DNA of 64,000 nucleotides, from the NCBI GenBank assembly GCA_965237675.1, contig OZ250150.1, positions 1,728,001-1,792,000 on the forward strand, in the 5' to 3' direction. Positions 48,713 through 60,933 of this stretch are shown here, piece by piece. Source of the DNA: Candidatus Latescibacterota bacterium (lineage in GTDB: Bacteria; Latescibacterota; UBA2968; GCA-2709665). Every line of letters begins with the position of its first letter. Positions within the stretch are counted from its first letter, which is position 1. The notes beneath the pieces were generated by a model that searched no databases, was not told the DNA's origin, and saw only the letters and a list, made by a program, of their open reading frames with translations. A program made the translations under genes and the position numbers.

Positions 48713-51553
48713 ATGAATAGGCGGATGAATGGTAACCATCGAATGTTGAGAGCGTTGCACCGTTTGATCGTCGCAACGCTCTTCTTTTCCGTCTCAACAT
48801 ACGCCGAGGAGACCCACGTCATGAAAACCGGAGAGGGTACCAGTGATCCCACACCGTCCAGGACTTTTGCCGTTAGCGGAACGATCGTCATGCAGGCGGA
48901 GGCCGCCGGGATTGACCCCGGTCGGGCAGAGGTCGTAGCGCAGAGCTCGTTCACCGGTGGGAAAGGCGTCTCGCTCAAGGCTGGTCTGGCCGCCAACGTG
49001 GGGTCGCCCGCCACCGAACCGGATTTGGTTTTCAAGGTGCAGGCCTCCAGGGCCGGGCGGTACGTGATTCGCACGCACGCGGCCACGGACGCCAGGGGCA
49101 GCGAGGCGATGCGCGAGGCCGGGAGCAAGCATGATTCGCCGCACCTGATGATCGCTGTCGGCGATGGCCGCCCCACCAAACGCGTGGTGTTCGTGCCGTG
49201 GAGCCGTTCGGAGAGCTGCACGCAGATGACGGGCAAGTTCGATCTCAACGGACAGGAGCAGGAGATCCGGATCTGGCTGCCGGAGAGCGTGCGCCTCGAT
49301 TACCTCGAAGTCAGCCCGTACACGCCTCCGGAAGTCACGGCGGCCGTGACCGGCTACCGGCCGACGGTCGTTCCGCCGGCATCCCGCCCGCGCATCTGGG
49401 TGAATGAGGAGTCGCTGCCGAAGGTTCGGGCGAACCTCACGGAAGGTGAAAACGCGCCGCTTTGGGCCCAGGTCAGGGAAATGGCGGCCGAACCATTCGC
49501 ATTTAAAGTTGAACCGGGTACGGAAGTCAGCTATAACCCCGGACTCGAGAAAGCGGCCGTAGCCAGGGCTTTCGTTTACCTGATGAATGGCGAAAAGACG
49601 CGCGGCCGGGAAGCGGTGGCGCTGATCCGCGACTATCTCGCCGCAGTCGAATTCGGAAACCTGCTCGATATTACCCGGGAAATCGGCCGGGCCATCTACT
49701 CGGCCGCACAGGTTTACGACTGGTGCTACGAACTGATGACACCCGACGACCGGGACAGCATCCGCGGCGATCTCATGCGCCTCGCCGACGACATGGAAAT
49801 CGGCTGGCCGCCGTTCAAGCAGATGATCGTCAACGGTCACGGAAACGAGGCGCAGGTCAACCGCGATCTGCTCTGCCTGGCCATCGCTGTCTACGACGAG
49901 GATCCGGTGCCGTATCGCTACTGCTCCTACCGCATCCTGGAAGAGCTGGTGCCGATGCGCCGGTTCGAATACCAATCCCCGCGCCACAACCAGGGCGTCA
50001 GTTACGGCCCGTACCGGTTCGGCTGGGATATGCACGCCGCCTGGCTCTTATACCGCATGACCGGCAAGCGGGTCTTCGATGACAACATCGCGGATGTCTG
50101 CAAGTTCTGGCTTTACATGCGCCTGCCCAACGAAGAGACCCTGCGGGACGGCGACGGATTTTCCGACGGCAGTCCCGCAAGTCTCGGAGCTACCGCACTG
50201 CTCAGCTACGCCTACAGCAACGATCCGGTCATCAAGCGCGACTTCGAGCGGCAGGGCGGGCTGCCCTTCGACCCGATCCTGGTGCTGCTGCTGAACGACC
50301 CGGACCTGGAGGCGGCGAAGAATTTCGATTCATTGCCGCTCACCCTCGATTTTGGCCCGGTCCTCGGTTCAATGGTTGCCCGAACCGGCTGGAACATGGG
50401 CCCGGGTGCGTCCGACGTGGTGGTGGAAATGAAGGGCGGGGGGTATCACTTTGGCAATCACCAGCACTCTGACGCGGGCAGTTTCCAGATCTACTACGGT
50501 GGGCTGCAGGCGGCTGACCTCGGGCAGTACCATTTCTATGGAACGCCCTACGATTTCAACTTCTGCAAGCGTTCGATCTCGCACAGCATGATGCTCGCGG
50601 TCGATCCTGACGAGGAGTTCCGTCGCAACGCTTCCAACGACGGAGGCACCCGCTTCATTCAATCCTGCCCCACCACACCGGAACAGGCACGTACGGATCC
50701 AACATTCGCCAACGGGGCCGTCCTGTCAGCCGACTTCGGCCCGTCTCCACAGCGGCCGTTCTACAGCTACTTCTCGGTCAACCTGACATCGGCTTACAGC
50801 AAGAAGATCGTGGACTACATCCGGACCTTCTGCTTCCTCAACCTCGACAACGCCCGGACCCCGGCGGTGCTGATCGTGCTGGACAACATGACCACCGCCA
50901 GACCGGAGTTCAGGAAATACTGGCAGGTCAATACCCTCAGCCCGCCTGAAACCACGGCCGACGGCGTCATCCTGAGAAACAGCAACTTTGACGTCACCGG
51001 CAAGGTCGCTCTCCGAATGCTACGGCCGAAGGCGGGTGAGCGGAACCTGCAGGTCCTGAGCGGCAAGGACGCCAACAGCGTGTTCGGGCAGTTCTTCACA
51101 CCTCCAAAACCCGACCGACCGGAAGCGGAGGGCCATCGCGTATTGTTCTCGCCCGCCAAAGAGCAGCGCAACGATGTGTTTCTGACGGTCATGTCGATGT
51201 CTGACGACCAGGGGCCGGATCTGCCGGTTGATCTTGCGGAACTCCCTGAGGCCTTCGTTGTCACGCTGGCCGATCGGGTGGTGGTCTTGAGCAAGACCGG
51301 CAAACTGCTCAAGCAGACGCTGCAGGTGGACGTCGAGGCCGTTGAAAGCTGCCAGTTGCTGCTGGCCGGTCTGGCTCCGGGCGCATGGAGTATCCGCGAC
51401 CGGGTCGGCAAGGTCCGGTTCAACACCCGTGTCGACGCCAACCGGAACACCGCGTTTTTCGTGGTTCCCGGCGGGGAATACACGGTTCGGCCCGAAGCCA
51501 TCCCTGGCGCGACCGACTTCCGGGCCGCACCGGACTTCATGCCCGCCCTCTGA
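48713..51553 (+). CDS. Heparin/heparan sulfate lyase II-like protein (PL21-like), secreted
   Basis: Signal peptide ending VSTYA; NGHGNEAQ, HNQGVSYG, LRDGD, ARTGW, GNHQHSDAGSFQIYY, NDGG; exact start uncertain (48713-48742). Confidence 0.82.
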   Translation: MNRRMNGNHRMLRALHRLIVATLFFSVSTYAEETHVMKTGEGTSDPTPSRTFAVSGTIVMQAEAAGIDPGRAEVVAQSSFTGGKGVSLKAGLAANVGSPATEPDLVFKVQASRAGRYVIRTHAATDARGSEAMREAGSKHDSPHLMIAVGDGRPTKRVVFVPWSRSESCTQMTGKFDLNGQEQEIRIWLPESVRLDYLEVSPYTPPEVTAAVTGYRPTVVPPASRPRIWVNEESLPKVRANLTEGENAPLWAQVREMAAEPFAFKVEPGTEVSYNPGLEKAAVARAFVYLMNGEKTRGREAVALIRDYLAAVEFGNLLDITREIGRAIYSAAQVYDWCYELMTPDDRDSIRGDLMRLADDMEIGWPPFKQMIVNGHGNEAQVNRDLLCLAIAVYDEDPVPYRYCSYRILEELVPMRRFEYQSPRHNQGVSYGPYRFGWDMHAAWLLYRMTGKRVFDDNIADVCKFWLYMRLPNEETLRDGDGFSDGSPASLGATALLSYAYSNDPVIKRDFERQGGLPFDPILVLLLNDPDLEAAKNFDSLPLTLDFGPVLGSMVARTGWNMGPGASDVVVEMKGGGYHFGNHQHSDAGSFQIYYGGLQAADLGQYHFYGTPYDFNFCKRSISHSMMLAVDPDEEFRRNASNDGGTRFIQSCPTTPEQARTDPTFANGAVLSADFGPSPQRPFYSYFSVNLTSAYSKKIVDYIRTFCFLNLDNARTPAVLIVLDNMTTARPEFRKYWQVNTLSPPETTADGVILRNSNFDVTGKVALRMLRPKAGERNLQVLSGKDANSVFGQFFTPPKPDRPEAEGHRVLFSPAKEQRNDVFLTVMSMSDDQGPDLPVDLAELPEAFVVTLADRVVVLSKTGKLLKQTLQVDVEAVESCQLLLAGLAPGAWSIRDRVGKVRFNTRVDANRNTAFFVVPGGEYTVRPEAIPGATDFRAAPDFMPAL

Positions 51554-51923
51554 TAGACGGCGGGCTGAAAACAAGCTTGAAAGAAGGGTGATATACAGGT
51601 GTTTGTGGATCGGTGGATATGCGACGCCTGAAAGATGTCAGGTGCCTGCGCAGGATACCGATTGACATCATAAGGGATTTTAATCATGGTTGGAGCGGAG
51701 GTTGCATGTGGCACATGGGTCCCGCATGTTTTCGATCTGTAGGGGAATCCGAAAGGCTGGCGGCAAGGTCGTGGTTAACCTGCCAGATCGGGCGAGGATC
51801 TTAGCGCTGTGAAGCGGCATTGTGAAGCAATTAGACCCGCAGCGCAACCGTCACGGCGAGTCGACTGGACGCCTCTTCACGTCACGACTTCGTGGAAAAT
51901 GCATGATAATCAGGAGAGCGTGA

Positions 51924-52703
51924 ATGAAATTGGAATTGCAGCAGGAATACGATGAGAAGGGTTTCTGTATCGCCCGCGGGGCCATTGACGCGGGTCTTGC
52001 GGCCGAAACGGTCGAGCACGTACAATGGTTGGTCAGAAAACATCCGGATACGCGGCCGGAGCGCTTGCACCATCAACTGATTGTGGACGACCCGTTTATG
52101 CACCGCCTGGTCTGCGACGACCGCCTCGTGGACATCGCGGCGCAGTTCATCGGCCCTAACGTGGCCATGTTCGGGGCCCACTATATTGCCAAGAAACCCG
52201 AAACGGGACAGGCCGTGCGGTGGCACCAGGATGGTTCCTACTGGCCCCTGGAGCCGATGGAGGTCACCACGCTGTGGGTCGCGGGCACGGACTCCACCGT
52301 GGAGAACGGATGTATGCGCGTCGTGCCGGGGACGCATACCCAGCGCCTGTTGAAGCGCTCGGAGATGGTGGACCTGGATCCGGACAAGTACGTCCTCGGC
52401 ATCGGGATGCGTCCCGATCAAATTGACGAGGCCGACGCCTTTGACCTGGAACTCAATGCTGGGGATATTTCCATCCATCACCCCAATATCGTCCACGGCT
52501 CCAACAGCAATACGTCGGACCAGTGGCGGGTGGGGCTCACCCTTCGCTATATTCCCACCAGCACCCGGGTGACACGAGACGGGCATCCGTCCATCCTGTG
52601 CCGGGGGGCGGTGATCCCCGAGGTGGGAAACCTTTACGCGCCGCGGCCGACGTACGTGGAAGGAAAGCACATGCCCTTCGACGGTTGTGAGACCTGGGCG
52701 TAG
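51924..52703 (+). CDS. Phytanoyl-CoA dioxygenase (PhyH) family protein
   Basis: AGGAG RBS; WHQDGSYW, ENGCMRVVPGTH, HGSNSN, RVGLTLRY. Confidence 0.92.
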   Translation: MKLELQQEYDEKGFCIARGAIDAGLAAETVEHVQWLVRKHPDTRPERLHHQLIVDDPFMHRLVCDDRLVDIAAQFIGPNVAMFGAHYIAKKPETGQAVRWHQDGSYWPLEPMEVTTLWVAGTDSTVENGCMRVVPGTHTQRLLKRSEMVDLDPDKYVLGIGMRPDQIDEADAFDLELNAGDISIHHPNIVHGSNSNTSDQWRVGLTLRYIPTSTRVTRDGHPSILCRGAVIPEVGNLYAPRPTYVEGKHMPFDGCETWA

Positions 52704-52706
52704 CGG

Positions 52707-54330
52707 CGTTCCCGGGATCGAGGGCATCCTGCCCTCGACACATAGGGCGCGAGGCCCGGGCGCCATCGTTTCCCGCCGAGATCATTGAGTCCCCGAGCGG
52801 CGGTTTTAAAGCCTGGCGATAGGTGGCCACGCCGCACACGGATGTGACCAAAGGCGGGACGCCCGCCCGGAGAGTTCACCCGTAACGGAAGGGTTAACGC
52901 CGAACAGACGGGGATGGAACAGCAATCACGAATGTCGTTCCCGGGATCGAGGGCATCCTGCCCTCGGCGGGTAATGCACGAGGTCCTTGCCCCGTCATTT
53001 CTGGCCACACTTATTGATTCCGCTAGCGCCAGCGGGCACAAACCATGGGTAACGAAGGGGATGCCGTACACGGTTGCGGCCGCGAGCGGAACGTCCGGAC
53101 GCCCGCCACCTAGGGGGTATTGCGGATGTACCCTCTTAAATTCGTCTTGGAGAGAGAACGCACGTGGAGTTCGCTCCGTGCCAAATCAACGCACTCACCT
53201 CGTTCTCCGAACTGGTGGTGTCAGCAATTGTACGGTCCATGCGTGATTAAATAGGGCCAACGGCGTCCTGCCGTCGTCGAGTACAGGATGCTCGCGAACC
53301 GGGTATTAGCAGGTCACGTTTTGTTCGAGGGCAGGATGCCCTCGGTCCCAGGGTTCGGACGTCCGGTGTGACGCCCCCTTCTCCGATCTGGTGTCAGATG
53401 TAATGGAACGCGTCAAATACGGCAATTCAGATTCGATGAAACCCAGTTCAAGTCGAGTGCAGGATGCCGTCGGTCCGGGTATTGGTGGGTCACGTCCTAG
53501 TCGAGGGCAGGATGCCCTCGATCCTGAGACGGGGAGTGGAAGGAGTGGAGTGGCGCCGTCAAGCCAATTTCACCGCACCCACCTTCCGCACTTTGAGGCC
53601 GGAGAAGTACCCCAACACATCTGTTTCAGACTGGCGGACAGCCTGTCGCAGAACCTGCTCCAACAATGGGAGCGCGAATTGGAGGGACTCCCGGAGGCGG
53701 AGCGCCTAAAACGCCGCCGAATTGAGGAGGCACTTGATCTGGGCCATGGTGCCTGCTGGTTGCGCCGCCCCGAGATCGCCGCCCTGGTGCGCGATTCCCT
53801 GCAGTACTTTGATGGTGACCTGTATCGTCTTCATGCGTGGGTCGTCATGCCCAATCATGTCCATGTACTGGTCACACCACTGGGTGATCACTCCTTGTCC
53901 GGCATCGTGCACTCCTGTAAATCTTACACGGGCAACCAGGCGAACAAGATACTGGAGCGGAATGGAAAGTTCTGGTATGAGGACTACTTTGACCGTTTCG
54001 TGCGCGACGAAGATCACTTTGCAGCGATTGTAAATTACATCCATTTGAACCCGGTCAAGGCAGGGCTGTGTGCGGATCCGGAAGATTGGGAATGGAGCAG
54101 TCGTCACAATCGTCGCTCCCGGGGCCGAGGGCATCATGCCCTCGACACATAGGGCGCGAGCCCCTGGCGGGAAGTGGCGATGTCCCACGCCGACGTGGCT
54201 GCAGGCGGGACGCCCCGGAGAATTCACCCGTAATGTAAAGGTTGACGCCGGGCAGATGCGAATGGAGCAGGTGTCACGATCGTCGTTCCCGGGACCGAGG
54301 GCATCCTGCCCTCGACAGGTAGGGTGCGAG
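52707..54330. repeat. REP array around the RAYT gene (about 9 copies of the CGAGGGCA-TCC-TGCCCTCG hairpin)
   Basis: Copies near 52718(+), 52948(+), 53257(+, degenerate), 53277(-, degenerate), 53325(-), 53453(-, degenerate), 53501(-), 54126(+), 54296(+). Confidence 0.9.
53550..54152 (+). mobile_element. REP-associated tyrosine (Y1/IS200-like HUH) transposase
   Basis: GTG 53550 after AGGAG; HLPHF...FRLADSL, VVMPNHVH (HUH), FW..DYFDRFVR, YIHLNPVKAGL, WEWSS. Confidence 0.9.
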
Positions 54331-54420
54331 GGATGGGCGCAGCGTCGCACATTTCTGTGCATCCATCCAGAGAAGCCGACGGGTAGCGAACTTCCGTCGT
54401 AATTACGAAACAAATATCCA

Positions 54421-57993
<3,573 letters not shown>

Positions 57994-58080
57994 TTGGAGG
58001 GAAATCGCCTCACAAAAGTAGATTGTGACGTGTCTATATTGTCTGGAATGTCCGGCCCGAATTCTTCTTTGGTAGAGAGG

Positions 58081-58260
58081 TCATCCTTGACGGGCTTCGG
58101 ATAAATCGTTACCATTTCTGACCACTTGTCCGTGTACCAGATCTTCGATCTCGTCTTCAAAGTTCTCGATGTAGGCTTTCACTTCAATCTCCAAGGCGGC
58201 ATGCAGCATTTGCCTTGCGCCAGCAGAGAGCAGATCTTCCGAGCTCGGTTTCTCTTCACT
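58081..58260 (-). pseudogene. IS256-family transposase N-terminal remnant
   Basis: DLLSAGARQMLHAALEIEVKAYI...QVVRNG resembles IS256 N-termini; truncated. Confidence 0.6.
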
Positions 58261-58384
58261 TCTTGCTATCCCTTCTGCCTCGTCCGACGTGTCCAGGGGT
58301 AATGGTAACACTCCAGGATACACTCTTGTGTCTCTTTTTATCCGCAGCATTTGAGTATAAGTCCCTTCAATCACAGGGATTGCG

Positions 58385-59257
58385 ATGATCTATTATCTTC
58401 CGACCGTGCGCAGTACACGCGAGGGGTGGGAAACGCTCGCCAAACTCGCCAAAACTGCTCAGGGTCTCTATTCGGATGAACTGCAACTCAACATGTCAAA
58501 GTTGGATTTTTTCGACGCCAACATGGCCGCACCCCTTGGCGCGATTCTTTCAAGGGTCGCTGACGGTTTCAATACCATTCGCATCGTCGATATGCCGGGC
58601 CCAGTCGAGACTATACTTCGCAAGAATCTGTTTCTAACTCATTATTGGTACAAATCACTGGATGACAACAATAATACAACCATGCCATTTCGCCGGCTGC
58701 GCCTGAGTGACGAGGGTGAGTTCGAAGAATATATCCATTGGCAACTTACCGGAAGAGGCATCCCCAGAATGTCCGATGGCGCAAGCAGAATCTTCAAAAA
58801 AAAGGTTTTTGAAGTGTATCAGAATGCCGTATTCCATTCTGAATCAAATCTTGGTGTCTTCGTCTGTGGCCAGTTTTTCCCGCAACAGAACCGGCTTGAT
58901 TTTACGGTTGCAGATGCCGGTATCGGAATTCGAGAGAATGTTCGTCGGTATTTCAATAATCCTCGTATCAACTCGCTTCCAGCTCTCAAATGGGCACTCG
59001 AGCCATATCACACCACGAAAAGTGGGCCGTATCCCGGTGGGTTAGGCCTTGAGTTTCTACAGAAATTCGCTCGTCTGAATGACGGTAAGATTCAGATTGC
59101 CTCCCGTTTCGCATTCTATGAGTTAAGCCGTGGCACGGAAACTTTCGCGAATATGGCGGTTGACTTTCCCGGGACTGCCGTGACCATTGAAAATAACACT
59201 GCTGATGAGAGTATTTATTTCCTGGAGAGTGAAAGAAAAGCCGACAGTCCGTTTTGA
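58385..59257 (+). CDS. GHKL (HATPase, anti-sigma-kinase-like) ATP-binding protein with STAS-like N-terminus
   Basis: N box EVYQNAVFH, G1 VADAGIGI, G2 TTK...GGLGL, G3 FPGT; no sensor or HisKA helix evident. Confidence 0.8.
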   Translation: MIYYLPTVRSTREGWETLAKLAKTAQGLYSDELQLNMSKLDFFDANMAAPLGAILSRVADGFNTIRIVDMPGPVETILRKNLFLTHYWYKSLDDNNNTTMPFRRLRLSDEGEFEEYIHWQLTGRGIPRMSDGASRIFKKKVFEVYQNAVFHSESNLGVFVCGQFFPQQNRLDFTVADAGIGIRENVRRYFNNPRINSLPALKWALEPYHTTKSGPYPGGLGLEFLQKFARLNDGKIQIASRFAFYELSRGTETFANMAVDFPGTAVTIENNTADESIYFLESERKADSPF

Positions 59258-59276
59258 ATTGGGAAAGAGGACAAGC

Positions 59277-59636
59277 ATGACGCGAGAAATTACAGTTCGA
59301 GTATTTGACATCATTGGTGGTCCCCTGTGCGTATCTACCAGCGACGGCCAACGTCTGTACGACAAGATTGCTCCACTCTTGAGGGCCGGGTCGCCGGTGG
59401 TTCTATCCTTCGAACGGATAGAGATTCTCATCTCGGCTTTTCTCAACGCGGCAGTGGGTCAGCTTTACGGCGAGTTACCCGAGGAAAGCATCCGTGCGTT
59501 GCTCTCGTTTCGCGATTTGGCGGATGACGACCGGGAGATGCTGGAACGTGTAATTGAAAACGCAAAAATGTACTTTAAAACCCCCGATGATTTCGATCGC
59601 GTGTGGCGTGAGGAACTAGGCGATGAAGAAGAATAA
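59277..59636 (+). CDS. STAS-like domain protein (DUF4325-like)
   Basis: ATG after GAGG; DGQRLY...VVLSFERIEILISAFLNAAVGQLY. Confidence 0.82.
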   Translation: MTREITVRVFDIIGGPLCVSTSDGQRLYDKIAPLLRAGSPVVLSFERIEILISAFLNAAVGQLYGELPEESIRALLSFRDLADDDREMLERVIENAKMYFKTPDDFDRVWREELGDEEE

Positions 59637-60177
59637 GGCGTACGACTTGGCTGCATATCCGTTTAGCAGAGGCGAGACGTTCTTGCTTGATGCGAACGTT
59701 TGGCTCTATTTGTATCCACCGCCATCGGGGAACAGGAGCACAATCACCCAGAAATATAGTAACGGATTAAAGTCCATTCGATCCGTAGGTTCACGGTTGA
59801 TCATGGACGCTATGGTCTTGAGTGAATACTTGAATACCTATTGTCGCATTGAATGGAAGGCTCTACACCTGACCCGGTATCCCAATTTCAAGACATTTCG
59901 CAAATCGGCGGCCTTCAGTGGGGTCGGCAAAGGTGCGGCATCCTTTGCAACATCCATGCTCAAGCTCTGTGCGCGCCACGATCATCCGTTTGCCACGGCC
60001 AATATCAAGCAGGTGCTGGCAGATTTTACAGCGGGAGTGACTGATTTCAATGACGGATTGCTGGCTGAGACCTGTCGTCGCAATGGCTGGAAACTGATTA
60101 CGAACGACGGCGACTTCAGCACGGGAGGCATAGAAGTGTTAACCGCAAACTCGAGACTTCTGGCAGCATGCCAATGA
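59623..60177 (+). CDS. PIN-domain ribonuclease
   Basis: LLDANVW, LSEY, DFND, LITNDGDF acidic tetrad; overlaps the STAS gene by 14 bp. Confidence 0.88.
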   Translation: MKKNKAYDLAAYPFSRGETFLLDANVWLYLYPPPSGNRSTITQKYSNGLKSIRSVGSRLIMDAMVLSEYLNTYCRIEWKALHLTRYPNFKTFRKSAAFSGVGKGAASFATSMLKLCARHDHPFATANIKQVLADFTAGVTDFNDGLLAETCRRNGWKLITNDGDFSTGGIEVLTANSRLLAACQ

Positions 60178-60383
60178 AGGCTTTCACAATACGTGCATCG
60201 ACCTCACCCTATATCTCAATGCCATCGCCGAGGCAAATCCCCGGCCGAGCGCGTTGGTCTCGATACGTCTGACGAGCTGAGTCACGGGTTTCGCGATCTA
60301 CGCGACGCAGTCGAAGAGAATTCTTGTCTGAGTTCATCTGATATATCCTGAGGAGACGTCGAAGCAAGATCTGAATTGCCCGT

Positions 60384-60418
60384 GAGGATAGCCTGCCTGA
60401 CACAGGCCGGCTATCCTC
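60384..60418. promoter_or_regulatory. Hairpin upstream of the higA-like gene (terminator or operator)
   Basis: GAGGATAGCC-T-GCCTG-ACA-CAGGC-C-GGCTATCCTC. Confidence 0.4.
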
Positions 60419-60436
60419 GCAGGCGGAGAGCAAGTA

Positions 60437-60882
60437 ATGGCGACGAACCAGTACCGCCCCGACTATGCGGTTCCCCCTGGTTGGGTCCTGGCGGAAAGAC
60501 TTTCGGCCCAGGATATTTCGCGCGCGGAGTTCGCACGAAGATGTGATCGCTCGGCTAAACTCATCAGCGAGATTATCTCGGGGAAAGCCCCCATAGAGCC
60601 GAAGACGGCGCTTAAATTCGAAAGGGTGCTGGGGGTCGATGCGGATATCTGGTTGGATATTGAGAAGGACTATCAGTTGCACCAGATCCGACAAGCCGGG
60701 GCCAGGGAAGCGTAGCCGGTAGCGACGCCGAAGGCGCATTCGCGATGGCGGAGGTACGCTGCATTGCCAATAAGCAGAGCATAGCGCCCGGCATCGTCGT
60801 CGGAAGCCTCCTGCATGTATGGCACCTCCCCTGGAATCGGCTGAACAACCTGAAAGTGCGATTGGAGTGGGTTGAGAATTGA
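60437..60882 (+). pseudogene. Internally deleted HigA-ImmA/IrrE-type gene: intact HTH (60437-60715) plus out-of-frame C-terminal fragment
   Basis: PDYAVPPGWVLAE...SEIISGKAPI HTH; another frame encodes IAPGIVVGSLLH..LPWNRLNNLKVRLEW* ending at 60882. Confidence 0.7.
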
Positions 60883-60933
60883 TTCCCAATGTAACGGCCG
60901 TAAGAAGCGCCCTCGTGAGTCGTCAGACCGGAG

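Noticed and set aside
51662-51690. TTGACA as a promoter for the downstream phyH gene
   Set aside because: No acceptable -10 hexamer at 16-18 bp spacing
52970-53250. Possible gene fragment between REP copies (ORFs 52914-53246 and 52634-53071)
   Set aside because: No recognisable motif, and the ORFs run through REP sequences; left unassigned
53391-53549. N-terminal extension of the transposase ORF
   Set aside because: It translates through REP hairpins; a better GTG start with AGGAG lies at 53550
52707-54330. Repeat-spacer arrangement read as a CRISPR array
   Set aside because: Irregular spacing, mixed orientation, duplicated spacers, no cas genes; explained by REP/RAYT
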